A stretch of DNA of 64,000 bases from Octopus sinensis (Eukaryota): assembly GCF_006345805.1 (NCBI RefSeq), contig NC_043009.1, positions 64,852,001 to 64,916,000 of the forward strand, given 5' to 3'. Position numbers and translations under genes: made by a program. Positions 36,808 through 49,582 of this stretch are shown here, in pieces; position 1 is the stretch's first letter, and each line of letters starts with the position of its first letter. Below the pieces are notes generated by a model. That model made no database searches. It had not been told where the DNA came from and was given only the letters and a program-made list of their open reading frames with translations.

Positions 36808-37419
36808 TCAACAATTTTTTAAAAGAATACAATTTCTAATAATATTTAAGTATGAAAATATAACAGGATTTTTTAAAACAGTGAATGGATATGCGGGTCC
36901 AGCGAAGCAAAAAAAAAAAAAGAAAAAAGGAATGAAAAGGGGCCCAGGGGGAGAAAAATTGTTGAGAGCCCCTGATTTGGAATATAAACTGTAAGAGAAT
37001 GAAGATTTAGTATGAGAAACATAAGGTAGAGATTTGATTCAGTAAAGAATAAGTTGGATGCCTGGATCATAGATTTCGTAATGTAAAGACGAATAGGGCT
37101 CCGAATATTTTTACATTGTGTTTGCAATTCCCGTCTGTGGGTGACTGCCATTTGTGCTTCTCTGGTTGATAAAATAAATACGAGTTTGTTAAAGTCTGTG
37201 GTCAATTTAATCTACTGAGCTACCATCCATAATAATGAAAGATGCGTTAGAAAGACCAAAAGTAGAAGTAGAACATAGAAGTTAGTCTTTAGTATTGGAT
37301 TATTAGAATTGATTAGAATTTATCGAACACAGAGAGTACACTGGAATTCATGCAAAGCATTAAAATGCAAACAATGCATTACAACACATCAAAATTGAAA
37401 CTCTGATGCCTGGCAGCTG

Positions 37420-37815
37420 ACTTGGTAGACACCGATAAAATTATTAACCCTCTTACAAACAATAACTCTGAGCACCTTTTCAAACTCCACCCGTCTAACA
37501 CCCGTGGACATGTTTACAAAGTCAGAAAACAGCACAGTTCCCATTACTTTCGGAAACATTTTTTCACGCTAAGAGTTGCTGAAGCATGGAACAAACTGCC
37601 GGCATCAGTTGTTAGTTGTCGGAGGACTGCATCCTTCAAAACTTCCATGCTTCCTGAGATTCGCCAACACTACACCTGATTTTCTCCCCTCCATACACAC
37701 GCAAGCATCTATCTGACTCATACACTGTTCACTTTCCAGACATTTGTATATTACTGCATATACTTTATACACACTTTTGACAAGTTGTGGTGCACCTGAG
37801 CACTATATACAATAA
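37420..37815 (+). mobile_element. CR1-type LINE 3' end
   Basis: SNTRGHVYKV...RKHFFTLRVAEAWNKLPASVV is the typical CR1 ORF2 C-terminus, followed by a 3' UTR. Confidence 0.85.
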
Positions 37816-38501
37816 TTTTATCTTTTTTTTAAATAGATAAGAATACACAGAAACAGAGGATAAATCAACCTATATAGAATACAGAAGACATTGTAGGATA
37901 CATACAGACACAATGCATTAGAATCCAGTGAATTTTTTTACAAAACGTAGAATTAATTTCTGATTGTTCGTTATTCGTTTTCAAAAGTGATCAACGTCGA
38001 TGATGGCCCTTCTTGAATGATATCAGTAACAGGCGATCGTAGAATCGGGTTTCCTCCGCATAGTTCGCCAGAAATCTAGTTTTCACTTTCGTTGGGTATC
38101 AAACCCCTAAAAACTTTCACTGAGGTTTTCAGACAGGCTGCTTACTCTCAACCAGGTGCAATGAACTTTTTAATACCGTTGCCTAAGTGAGGGCACACTG
38201 TTGCATGTAGAGATGTCATAAAGGGCCACTAGTGCAAACCGAGTGTCCGGTGGGAACCGGTGGCAGATGAGCAGTCCTGAAAAGAATTTGGCAGGGTCCC
38301 TACCAAAAGATCTTTCCCTCCTTGACACTTCATACTTCTGGAATTCATACAATACACTAAGGATATACAAAGACACTCGAGGATACATGGGGATTCAAAG
38401 ACAAATGGGACAGATCGGAATAAAAAGAAGCAAAAGGGAGTTTTTACCTTTGTGGTCTGCATGGCCGTCTGAAATGGAAAAACAATAAGATGATGATGAC
38501 G

Positions 38502-38555
<54 letters not shown>

Positions 38556-38629
38556 TAATAATAATAATAATTATAATAATAATAATAATAATTATAATAA
38601 TAATAATAATGATAATAATAATAATAATG

Positions 38630-38708
<79 letters not shown>

Positions 38709-38800
38709 TAATAATAATAATAATGATAATAATAATAATAATAATGATGATAATGATAATAATAATAATAATAATAATAATGATGATAATAATAATTATA

Positions 38801-38885
<85 letters not shown>

Positions 38886-38897
38886 TCATAATAATAA
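38502..38897. repeat. Long (TAA/TGA)n microsatellite, about 400 bp
   Basis: Direct reading. Confidence 0.95.
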
Positions 38898-38898
38898 T

Positions 38899-39185
38899 CA
38901 GGTTCACCATCCCTACAGGAAGTGCAAAAAATCGTATTAAGTGGAACGGCTCATGTACTGAGAAGAGCATTATCGTTGCGAAAACAACATCCTTCCATGA
39001 ATTTATTTATTTATTAATTTTTTAAATACATATTTTACCTGTGAATTTGTGTTTGTAATCTGGGCATGCACACAATGAGCTTCTCTGCCCTAGGAGTACG
39101 GAAAACACTGGGCGAGAAACGTTAGGAAAATTTGAAGAAAGAAGGGATAAAAAAAAAATAATAATAATAACAATAATAATAATAA
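38899..39185 (+). mobile_element. 3' end of an RLE-type non-LTR retrotransposon (R4/Dong-like) embedded in (TAA)n
   Basis: GSPSLQEVQKIVLSGTAHVLRRAL matches the QKxVLxGTAxILR end helix of RLE ORFs. Flanked by TAA repeats on both sides. A second 3' UTR copy lies at 60530-60635. Confidence 0.6.
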
Positions 39186-39296
39186 TTCTTTCTACTCTAG
39201 GCATAAGGCCTGAAATTATGGGGGAGGGGATAAGTCGATTACTTCGATCCCAGTGCGTACCTGGTACTTATTTCATCGACCCCCGAGAGGGTGAAA

Positions 39297-39432
39297 GGTC
39301 TGGGGTCTCCCGCCCCTAAGCCCTAGACCATCACCTAATCACCCTTACCCGTCTTGTTGCTTAACAACAACAACAGCAGCAGTGGCAACAACATACTGGA
39401 TGTTGATGCACTCCCCGGCCATGAACATTCTT

Positions 39433-39500
<68 letters not shown>
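39297..39500 (+). repeat. Interspersed or locally duplicated segment, copy 1 (copy 2 at 44316-44570)
   Basis: GGTCTCCCGCCCCTAAGCCCTAGACCATCACCTAATCACCCTTACCCGTCTTGTTGCTTAACAAC... is identical in both copies. Confidence 0.85.
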
Positions 39501-39501
<1 letters not shown>

Positions 39502-39687
39502 ATCATTTAATAAAACTTACTGTGAGCATTAACAAGAGGTAAAGTCTTAAAGTTTGATCTAGTTTTGTCACTCACGTCCATTAAAAACTACACACACACA
39601 TACACATGCACACACACACACACGTACACACACACAACACACACAAGTGCACACACGCACACAAACATACATACTCACACATACACA

Positions 39688-39741
<54 letters not shown>

Positions 39742-40035
39742 CTCCACTTACCTCCTGGGCCAAAGGATGAGCCTGCAAATATAAAAAAATATATACAGGA
39801 TTCATAAACATCATTCTAATAAAAATCATAATTATTACCACCACCACCACCACCAGCAGCACAACCACCAGCCCCACCAACAGCACCAGCACCAGCACCA
39901 GCACCAGCACCACCACCACCATTACTACCACAACAACGACGACCATGATCGTCACAACAAGATGGAGAATAAATTTGCGTAGTAAAGGAAGTATTTGTGG
40001 TTGATTAGCTGAAGATAGAAGTGAATTTCTTTTAC

Positions 40036-40171
40036 CTGAATGATAAACCGACAAAGAAGACACACCACCACAGATATCTTCGTTGTTTCCCGAACACTTG
40101 AGATTGCAGTCTTCCTCTTTTACCCGTCCAAATAAATCATAACTGTTTGCACAATAACAGTCTCCGGAATG
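40036..40171 (-). CDS. PAN-mucin-WSC gene, WSC1 second half (136 nt, phase 0-1): HSGDCYCANSYDLFGRVKEEDCNLKCSGNNEDICGGVSSLSVYHS
   Basis: Acceptor ttctgcctttccag and donor G|gtaaaa. Textbook GxCYC...C...CSGN...CGG...SVY. Confidence 0.94.
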
Positions 40172-40794
40172 CTGGAAAGGCAGAAGAAAAATCGGAGCAA
40201 TAGAGAAAGAAATGGTTCAACAAAACCTTCTCTCTTCATATTCTTTGTTACAAGCAGATAATGGTCAGCAGAGATTAACGCGTTGACCTTTTGACAGTAT
40301 TCGATCACGTGATATATGATATGATATGCATGCAATGGCCAACAATGCTTAGAGTAAATGAAGTCCTACCCACGAGAAAAAAAAGTGTTCAGGGGTAAAA
40401 AATGGTGGCTTATTCCATCAAAGTAAAAAAAATGGAAACAATTCTCTTTGCTCTCACCGAAGGTCTTCGTTTGCTTTCGACTGAGCTTCGTCTATTCGTA
40501 GAAATATTGAAAATCAAATTAAAAAGTCAAAAAGTCATTTTAATTTTAACACTGTCAGTTTCGGTGCAATGCCTTACCAGTTTTGCTTCTATGAATATAC
40601 TCTCTAAAACTTCTTTTAAATTCTGATTCGATGTGCTACATTTATTCTATAATAAAGGACGGCTGCCTGTTAGTTATAAATGTGTAACTTTACTAAAAGA
40701 AAGCAATTATAAAAGTCCAGACTGTCTAGAAAAAAATTCATATATATATATATATATAATATAATATATATATATATATATATATTCAATATGT

Positions 40795-40962
40795 GACCGC
40801 GTGTATATCGTTGGCGATTTTTTCTTCCGTCTTCCCTTCTTTGGATCTTTCCTTTACCTATGATTTTGACGAAGAGCCCCGCTCGAAACGTTAAATCCTC
40901 CTTCGTTCTTTCCTTTCATGAGCGTCCAATAACACTATACCTGTTCCACGTCCTCGCGTTGA
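40795..40962 (+). mobile_element. Penelope-like terminal fragment with decayed hammerhead
   Basis: GATTT-TGACGA-A-GAGC(CCC)GCTC-GAAAC-GTT-AAATC at 40862-40897. Confidence 0.65.
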
Positions 40963-42194
40963 AATGCTTAGCGGCATTTCCTCCGACTTGAAGTCGACTT
41001 TGCCTTTCATCCATTTGGGGCCGATAAAATAAGCACCCTTCCTTCAAAATTGCAGGTTTTGCGCCAAAATGTGAAACTATTGTCTGTAGACATTCTTTGG
41101 AGAAACTGAAAACAGCATAGAACCATCTTTTTATATGCAAGGAATATTTTTTGCCTCTTCCCACTTTACTGTTTCTCTCTCATTTCAACTTCTCTCCATT
41201 AACTACCTTGATCATGCTTTCCTTTGTCATTTCTCTCTCTCTCTCTCACCATCTCTCTCCGTCTCTCCCTCCCCCTCTCTCTCCCTCTCTTTCACTTTAT
41301 TATTCTCTTCCTTCCCAGAATTCTGCTTTCCAGAGCCCTTTCTCTCCCCAAGTGTGTTCCCTTTCCAATTTGCTATTCATACAGCCACTTCGATCAGCGT
41401 TATTCTTGTCTTTTTCCTATTGAATAATTAACACAAATAATTAACAGTTTACTTTCTTTCCTAATTGCACAATCATTACATTTTATTCTAATTCGGACGG
41501 CCTTGTTGTCATCCAGCTTTCTTTGCGCACTCATAATCTGGTTGATATCCTCTGACACTACGTATATATTGTCACGTGTTTTCTTTGTCGTAATCGAAAT
41601 TTCTAAACATTTTTCACTTCTCCAATATTCAATTAGAAAACCAAAATATTTTTCGTACGCTTTCTTATGTTCTTTCTCATGATATCATACACGTTTTTTT
41701 TATACATATGGATGTATATATATTTCTTTACTACCCACAAGGGGCTAAACATAGAGGAGACAAACAAGGACAAACAAATATGGATGTATATATGTGTATG
41801 TGTACGTGTGTGCGTATGCGTGGGTGGTTGTGAAGCTTTAAGTATTGTACTCCAGTGCCTGAGTCAAGTTATAGTTTCTTCTTTGGTAGAAGAGATTCGC
41901 CTAAGGTGCAGACAGATCGCATGTGCAATTATGGGATTGTAAAGCGAACTTGTTCACCAAACAACCCTCACAACTGTTACAGGGTTGCAGACTGCAAGTT
42001 TCTGAGATATGCAAGAAAATGTGGTTGAATAGATTTCAGTGCATCACTGTTGCTAATTCGGTCAAACACTGAAGCGACGAAAGCTGGCATCAATATTGGT
42101 ACCTGCAAGAATCGGCGCCGGTAGTCGCAGCAGAAAGAAGCAGCAGTCTTGCATTGCTGCTTGTCTCACGACCCACACGGTTCTGATGCACTCA

Positions 42195-42470
42195 ACACCA
42201 CCACTGCCACCACCACTACCACCACCACTGTCGCCGCCACCACCACTACCACCACCACCACTGTCGCCGCCACCACCACTACCACCACCACCACTGTCGC
42301 CGCCACCACCACTACCACCACCACCACTGTCGCCGCCACCACCACTACCACCACCACCACTGTCGCCGCCACCACCGCGACGACCACCACCACTGCTACT
42401 GCCACTGCCGCCACCGCTATCACTGTTGATGCAGCAGTCACCGCCGCCACCACCACCACCACCACTACCA
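42195..42470. repeat. (ACC)-rich tract with five copies of a 33-bp unit CTGTCGCCGCCACCACCACTACCACCACCACCA
   Basis: Direct reading. Confidence 0.9.
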
Positions 42471-43094
42471 CCTATGGGTACTGCTTGTAAGATGATGGCT
42501 GTATTTACAGAAGTGGAAGAACATGCTAATATAAACAGCAACACACACACATACACATACACATACACACAAACACACGCACACACCTACACGCATAAAT
42601 ACTTAATGTAATGTATACATATTTTATGTAAATACTATATATACAGACATACCTCAATTTACGTCGTTCCGTGTTATGCTGATTTTCGACTAAAATCGTT
42701 TGTCTTCAAACTAATTACACACACACGCACACACACACATACACACACAAACACTGACCGAAACTGTAAAGACAATCTGGAAACTTGACTGAGGAGAGAA
42801 GGCTACGAATGACCCATCTCTGTTTTTTTCCCCTTTCCCTCTATATGTTGTTTCATCTGTCTGCCTTTGTTTCGTATATTTGTCCGGATGTTTTATTGTC
42901 CGCTATTGCGTTTTTGATCCAGTTTTTATATTCATATATACATATAGCGGCGTACGTACACTTTCACTCACCTTTCACAGGACGCTATCCAGCAGCAAAA
43001 TAGCATATAAAGAAAATAGATACGCTATGTATGTACAACCGATAATACTTACATTGTCATGGCTGCTTTTAGTTCGAAAGCTATATATATATAT

Positions 43095-43130
<36 letters not shown>

Positions 43131-43246
43131 CTGTAAATGTAATATGACAATTATTATCAGTCATGATAAAACTCCGAGTTTCGGATGCCTAGGTGGAAAG
43201 CCACCCGCGCCATCTCTTCAGTTATCTGGCCATCGGAAAAATGCTA

Positions 43247-43298
<52 letters not shown>

Positions 43299-43304
43299 GT
43301 GCTC

Positions 43305-43745
43305 AAGGGAAGGTTGGACAGGACCACCCGCGCCAACCTCATTAACAGTGCAGTTCTGCCTGCAATGTTATATGGTAGTGAAACATGGGTTACCACAAAG
43401 AGAGAAGAGCAAAGACTGATAACGGCTCAAAGAGCCATGGAAAGGTCAATGCTTGGTATCTCGTTGAGAGAGCACATAAATAGCAACATCACCAGAAAGA
43501 AGTCCGGCGTGAGAGATGTCATCGCAGAGTATACTCGCAGCAAGTATAGATGGGCTGGACACGTCGCCCGGCTCACCGATAATCGGTACCCGCGTGTGCG
43601 GAAAAACCACCCGGAAGACCTCCACGACGGTGGAGTGACGATTTCAAGAGGACGATTGGGATCACATGGATGAGAAAGGCGCGATCCAGAGAGGAGTGGA
43701 CAGCGTGCTGTGACCAGCGGTGTCAAATGGACGCCTGACGGACTG
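43305..43745 (+). mobile_element. RTE LINE 3' fragment (third RTE family)
   Basis: VLPAMLYGSETW, AQRAMERSMLG, KYRWAGHVAR, then a frameshifted PRGRPPRRW-like motif. Confidence 0.85.
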
Positions 43746-43770
43746 GTCGGTCAAAGTGTCAAAGTGATAT

Positions 43771-43838
<68 letters not shown>

Positions 43839-44315
43839 TGTGTGTGTGTGTGTGTTGTGTGGTGTGTGTGATGATCAATCTATTCCCTTCTCTCACTGTC
43901 TCTCTTCTATTGCAGAAGACATTTGCCCAGACTGACACGCAGTCAGATCGAACCTGGAAATGTTTGATTGCGAAGCGATCATTTTCACCACACGGCTGCC
44001 CCGCTGCCATTATTGACACAGCGGAGGAGACAAATTAATGGTCTACGGAAGCGACATGGTTGATGGAATCGATGCCACTTCACGAGTGGCATTAATCTGG
44101 GGAAACGCTGATGGACGAATGAAACAAGACGACGCAAGCAACGCAAGCAACTGGCATCTCCAAGACCTGGCACCGCCAGCGGGAGTGGCAGCCGTTCAAG
44201 AATCTGGACCTGGAGATCTCCAATTCCAGCGACTTCGAGGACCATCCCCCAGTGGTGTCGGGCGTCAACGAAGAGCCCTCGACTACAACAAGACGACCAA
44301 AGAATTTTTTTTCCT

Positions 44316-44385
44316 AGGTCTGGGGGGGTCTCCCGCCCCTAAGCCCTAGACCATCACCTAATCACCCTTACCCGTCTTGTTGCTT

Positions 44386-44425
<40 letters not shown>

Positions 44426-44513
44426 GCTGCAGTGGCAACAACAATTTAGCATTGGTGCCTGTTTCACAACATACTGGATGTTGATGCATTCCCCCGCCAT
44501 GAACATTCTTCTT

Positions 44514-44570
<57 letters not shown>
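44316..44570 (+). repeat. Copy 2 of the 39297 segment, with longer (AAC)n and (CTA)n
   Basis: See 39297. Confidence 0.85.
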
Positions 44571-44571
<1 letters not shown>

Positions 44572-44668
44572 AGTATTAGCAAGGTGGTGGTTGTAATTAC
44601 AAAGAAGCAATAATGATAAAAGCAGCATTAGTCAATGTAATGTATGTGTGCTTGTTTGTGTGTGTGTG

Positions 44669-44707
<39 letters not shown>

Positions 44708-44745
44708 ATATATATATACACATACATATACATGTGTGTTTATGT

Positions 44746-44804
<59 letters not shown>

Positions 44805-45147
44805 GTGTGTTTATATCTTTCTGTGTGTGTGTGTGTGCATCTATGTACATCTAGTCACGTGCATAAACGGAATGAAAGTGCACCTGAATGCATAATGAAG
44901 AAGTGAGGTATGAAAGGTATTTGAAATATCACGGATGCACTGCTTGCGCGCATGCGCATATGTGTGTGTGTGAAGGTGTCTGTGTGAAACTTAAGTAATT
45001 CATATTAATGCCTTATGTTTACCTGTACATATATACATACATATGCACACACACACACACATACACACGCACACATATATTCATACATATTCGTACATAT
45101 ATGCACACACCCACATATACCCGCAGGTTTGGTAATGAAAAAGAAAA

Positions 45148-45202
<55 letters not shown>

Positions 45203-45387
45203 TATGGTAGTTATGGTAAAACCCAGCTGTTTCTCTTGTATTATTAAATTTCTCTGCCCGAAGAGGTTCCGATAGGAAATTCCTTACATGCCTATCTAAC
45301 ATGTAAGACTTTGCAATTTCTATTAGCAAATGAAACGCGTGTAATGGTGAATATATACTATCCAAAACATTCCAATTCCCTGTTCTG

Positions 45388-45421
<34 letters not shown>

Positions 45422-45602
45422 CACACACACATATATATACATATATATATAAATATATATACACACAAACCCATATATATCTCTCTCTCTTTATCTGTGT
45501 GTGTGTGTGTGTATATGTATATATATATATATATACATACCCATATATATATATATATACATACATACATATACATACATATATACATACATACACACAC
45601 AC

Positions 45603-45693
<91 letters not shown>

Positions 45694-46373
45694 GAATAAT
45701 TAAGTGCAAACAACAGACAAAACGCCCAGGACGAGGTAAAGTAGAAACGTGATTACTATTTTCCTCTCATAATTTGTTGACTTAAATCCGTATCTAGAGG
45801 TAAACACTGCTCTGGATATAAATGCTAGTTTGGACGACTAGCATGCTGCTCCCTGAGTAATGGTCATTACTAGTCCTAATCCATCTAAAAAACTTCATGT
45901 GTGACTTCAGTTGGTGAGGAAACCAACGTGAAAAGGCATGGTCAACACCCCACCACTAAGGAAATGAATTTCGTGTCAAAGTCACCAACCAAGATAGGAA
46001 AATTTTACTGACTAATCAGTAACGATTTTGCCTCTGGTTTCATTTACAAAATATCCTTCGTCCTACTAACATAGAATGAAAGCATCTTATGACATTGTAA
46101 CATAGTCACTGATTTCTTAGACATGATTAGCACAAGCGAAACCGGTCGACCGAGTAAATATTGTTATTTCATAAAAAAAAACCAGTAAATATTCCTGTAC
46201 ATTTCCTTTTATTATAATTATAACTACAACACACAGATTATCGAATCTTTTCAATATATGGATATGAGTGTGCGTGTGTGTGCGTGTGTGTATATACGTG
46301 TATGTTCGCGTGAATAATTCTGAGTGAATCATTCACTGATTATATAAATACACACACATACATATATGTTCGT

Positions 46374-46420
<47 letters not shown>

Positions 46421-46910
46421 GATATATGTGTGTGTGTATACATACATATATATATATGTGTGTATCTCTGTCAGTCCGTATGCATGTATGTATATCTAGT
46501 GTGCATGAATTTGAAGTGAATAAAGAGAGAGAGAGTGAAACTACCCACTGCCTTCCCCCACCACTCCAGAAATCCGCACCCCTGTCGCTTCTGTTTTCAT
46601 CACTTATTTCTAATAGGTCCTAGGTCAACGTAGACGCACCTTTCCTTGGTTCGTGGTGTTCTAGCGATTGTCAGCGCGCCGTTTGTGACCATCAATGCGA
46701 ACTACAATTAAGGTCGCTGCAGCTCCCTGTTGGTATTTTGCTGGTATTTAAAGGATCAATTAAGTTGAATGTTGCAGCGCTGCGCTCATCAGTTTCAACA
46801 AAACTTTAAATTGCACGAATGTAACGTGAGTGGTGGGTCGGGGTGACCTAGACGGATTTCGATATAAATTTTAGATTACTTTGTAATGCGTGCGTGCGCG
46901 TGTGAGTGTT

Positions 46911-46961
<51 letters not shown>

Positions 46962-47124
46962 GTTTGTCTTTGCATGTATGTGGTTGTCTTTGTGTTTATG
47001 TGTGTGTTTGTTTCTATATATATATATATATATATTTGTCAATGTGTGTGTATGTAAGTGCGTGTGTATGTGTGTGTGTGTGTACTTGTGTGTGCAAATG
47101 AATATCTGTGTTTGCACATGTTTG

Positions 47125-47465
47125 TGAAGGCGCATAGTTCAGTGGTTAGAGCATCGGGTTCACAATCACGAGGTAGTGAGTTCGATTCCCGGACTAGGCT
47201 GTGTGTCGTGTTCTTGAGCAAGACACTTTATTTCACGTTGTTCCATTTCACTCAACTGTATAAATGAGTCGCGACGTCACTGGTGCCAAGCTGTATTGGA
47301 CCCTTTGCCTTTCCCTTGGATAACATCAGTGTCATGGAGAAGAAGAGGCTGATATGCATGGGCGACAGTTGGTCTCCCATAAAACAACCTTGTCCGGACT
47401 TATGCTTCGGAAGGACGCTTTCTAGGTGCAATCCCATGGTCATTCATGACCGAAAGGGGTCACCC
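47125..47465 (+). mobile_element. SINE family D, near full length
   Basis: GTGAAGGCGCATAGTTCAGTGGTTAGAGC...GAGTTCGATTCCC head, then GCAAGACACTTT core. Confidence 0.78.
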
Positions 47466-48364
47466 TCACCCTTTTATATGTATGTGGGTCTTTTAACTAC
47501 TCACTATTGAAGTTTTAAGTTTTAAGTATCGTGTCTTTTATGAAAGATGAACAACGGGACTTGGGGCGACAAATAAATACAAGTACCTGTCATATACTGG
47601 TGCCAGTTTAATCTACTCTACTCCTCTTCTACATCACGATTTCCTCTCACTTCGAATAGAAATCAACGCTAAATATATAATAGGGGTGGTGATACAAAGC
47701 CAGATATTTGTTTGTTGTTGTTTAACCCAAGGTTGTCCTAATCGAGCAAACCAACCTTCATCTTGTCTGTTTTCTTTGTGCACTGAAAGAAGCCACAACC
47801 CAGATTAACCAACGCGTTCTTTTCTAAAACAATAACTTGTTGCCTTTTTCTTTTCTTTCCTTTTCTCTTCTTTCTGCTGGCAGATGGAAGTAAAACATTG
47901 ACTGAGATCGATTAAACCAATGAAAGATTAAATCTACCCAACGACTTGGCTGCTGTTTCTTTTATCGATCCCGAAAAGTTGAAAAGTTGATCTCAGATGT
48001 ACAAGAAACCAAACACTGCATGAGGTTTGTCAACCGTTCTCGTTTTATGCCAGTTCATAATTTTGATTTCTCACATAGGCACGAGACCTCAACGGTTGGG
48101 AATAGCAGAGAGGGTGTAGTAGACTAAATTGATCATAGCAGCTGACTGGGACTTTATTTAATCAACCCCGGAAGAATGAAAGAGAAATTAGACTTTGACA
48201 GGATTGGAACTCAGAACGTTAAGGATTGTGACTTGATACAGCAAAACATCTTGACGCTCTACAGAGTCTGCCAATCTCCTGCTTTTCGTATCTAATTAGA
48301 TTCCTTTTGATCTCAGCATGTCGTTGCCAATTTAGCAATGCTATTTGTAGGCCTTCATGTATGC

Positions 48365-48880
48365 ACTGTCCATTTGTGGATTGGACGGAGTGGTGGCGTG
48401 ATGTATTTGTGGATTGGACAGAGTGGTCGCGTGATCCATTTGTGGATTGGACGGAATGACCGCGTGATCCATTTGTGGATTGGACGGAGTGGTCGCGTAT
48501 CCATTTGCGGATTGGACGGAATGACCACGTGATCCATTTGTGGATTGGACGGAGTGGTCGCGTATCCATTTGTGTTTATAAACATACGAGGGTCAGCTGA
48601 AAAGTTGATTGGGTAATTTGTAGATTGGACGGAGTGGTCGCGCGATCCATTTGTGGATTGGACGGAGTGGTCGCGTTATCCATTTGTGGATTGGACGGAA
48701 TGGCCGCGTGATCCATTTGTGGATTGGACGGAGTGGTCGCGTATCCATTTGTAGATTGGACGGAGTGGCCGTGTGATCCATTTGTGGATTGGACGGAGTG
48801 GTCGCGTAATCCATTTGTAGATTGGACGGAGTGGTCACATATCCATTTGTGGATTGGACGTAGTGGTCGCGTGATCCATT
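48365..48880. repeat. 32-33-bp minisatellite (about 14-15 units, ATCCATTTGTGGATTGGACGGAGTGGTCGCGTG) split by a 40-bp insert
   Basis: Direct reading. Confidence 0.93.
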
Positions 48881-49582
48881 AACACCTGAGTGGAATTTGA
48901 AGTCAGAATGAAAACAGCCGGAAGACATCATAAGGCATTTCGCTCGATACTCGTCTAATTTCGTTAATCGACTGTCGTAGACTTGTATTTTAACAACCTC
49001 AAACAGATGACGACAAAATTGGCCTCCAACAGATTTGGACCCAAAGCGCAGGGAGCCGTTAAACCACATTCTTGAGAGTACAACTGATAACATGTAATTT
49101 AGTACAACCTATTACGTGGCGGGGTTGTCGCCATTTAAGTTGACACCCTAACCAGGTGAATTTTGCGAGGAGGTTTATTAGGATCCCAACCGGGTAAGAA
49201 CACGACTTATCAGAGGAACGAATGAAAGCAACATAAAATCAGCGACTAACAGTATATACACAACGAATACTCGACATGATGACTGAATGAGCAGTAAAAC
49301 CACTGGGACTAATGAAATCTTTCGTGTCTATGTGCTTGCGTGTAACCTTGTCGTTATGTCCGTGTCTTATAAGCCAGAGAAGACAGAGATTCTAACACTT
49401 TCACAACTATTCATCTATATATAGAACAGGTTACGTTTGAAATGAACATTGCCTTTCCCTGACAGGTTGGCTTCTCATGAAAAGTTTATTGGTCGAGGAA
49501 AAGCAATAATGGATGTCAAATAAGTTCATGATGCTTCTTACTCTGCTTGACAGCAGAGATAAAGATTAATAAAGATTAGTTT

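Noticed and set aside
35994-36974. hAT-like ends CAGTGGTTCTCAAC and GTTGAGAGCCCCTG
   Set aside because: The 8-bp flanks do not match (CTCTAAAT versus ATTTGGAA), so they cannot be called one element.
38170-38462. Overlapping minus-strand ORFs with several Cys inside a mucin-gene intron
   Set aside because: No recognisable domain; the candidate acceptors in the required phase 1 lead to stops or lack a phase-compatible donor.
38395-39025. Poly-Ile/Met ORFs, and similar YI/HT/SL/ER ORFs throughout the track
   Set aside because: Translations of (TAA)n, (TA)n, (CA)n, (GA)n and (CATA)n microsatellites.
46740-46832. TATA-like TATTTAAA, Inr-like TCAGTT and a GTGAGT donor on the plus strand
   Set aside because: TATA-Inr spacing is about 46 nt (too long) and no downstream plus-strand exons were found.
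47125-47200. tRNA-like sequences here and at the heads of families A, B and D
   Set aside because: They have A/B boxes but no complete cloverleaf acceptor stem, and they run directly into SINE bodies; called as SINEs, not tRNA genes.
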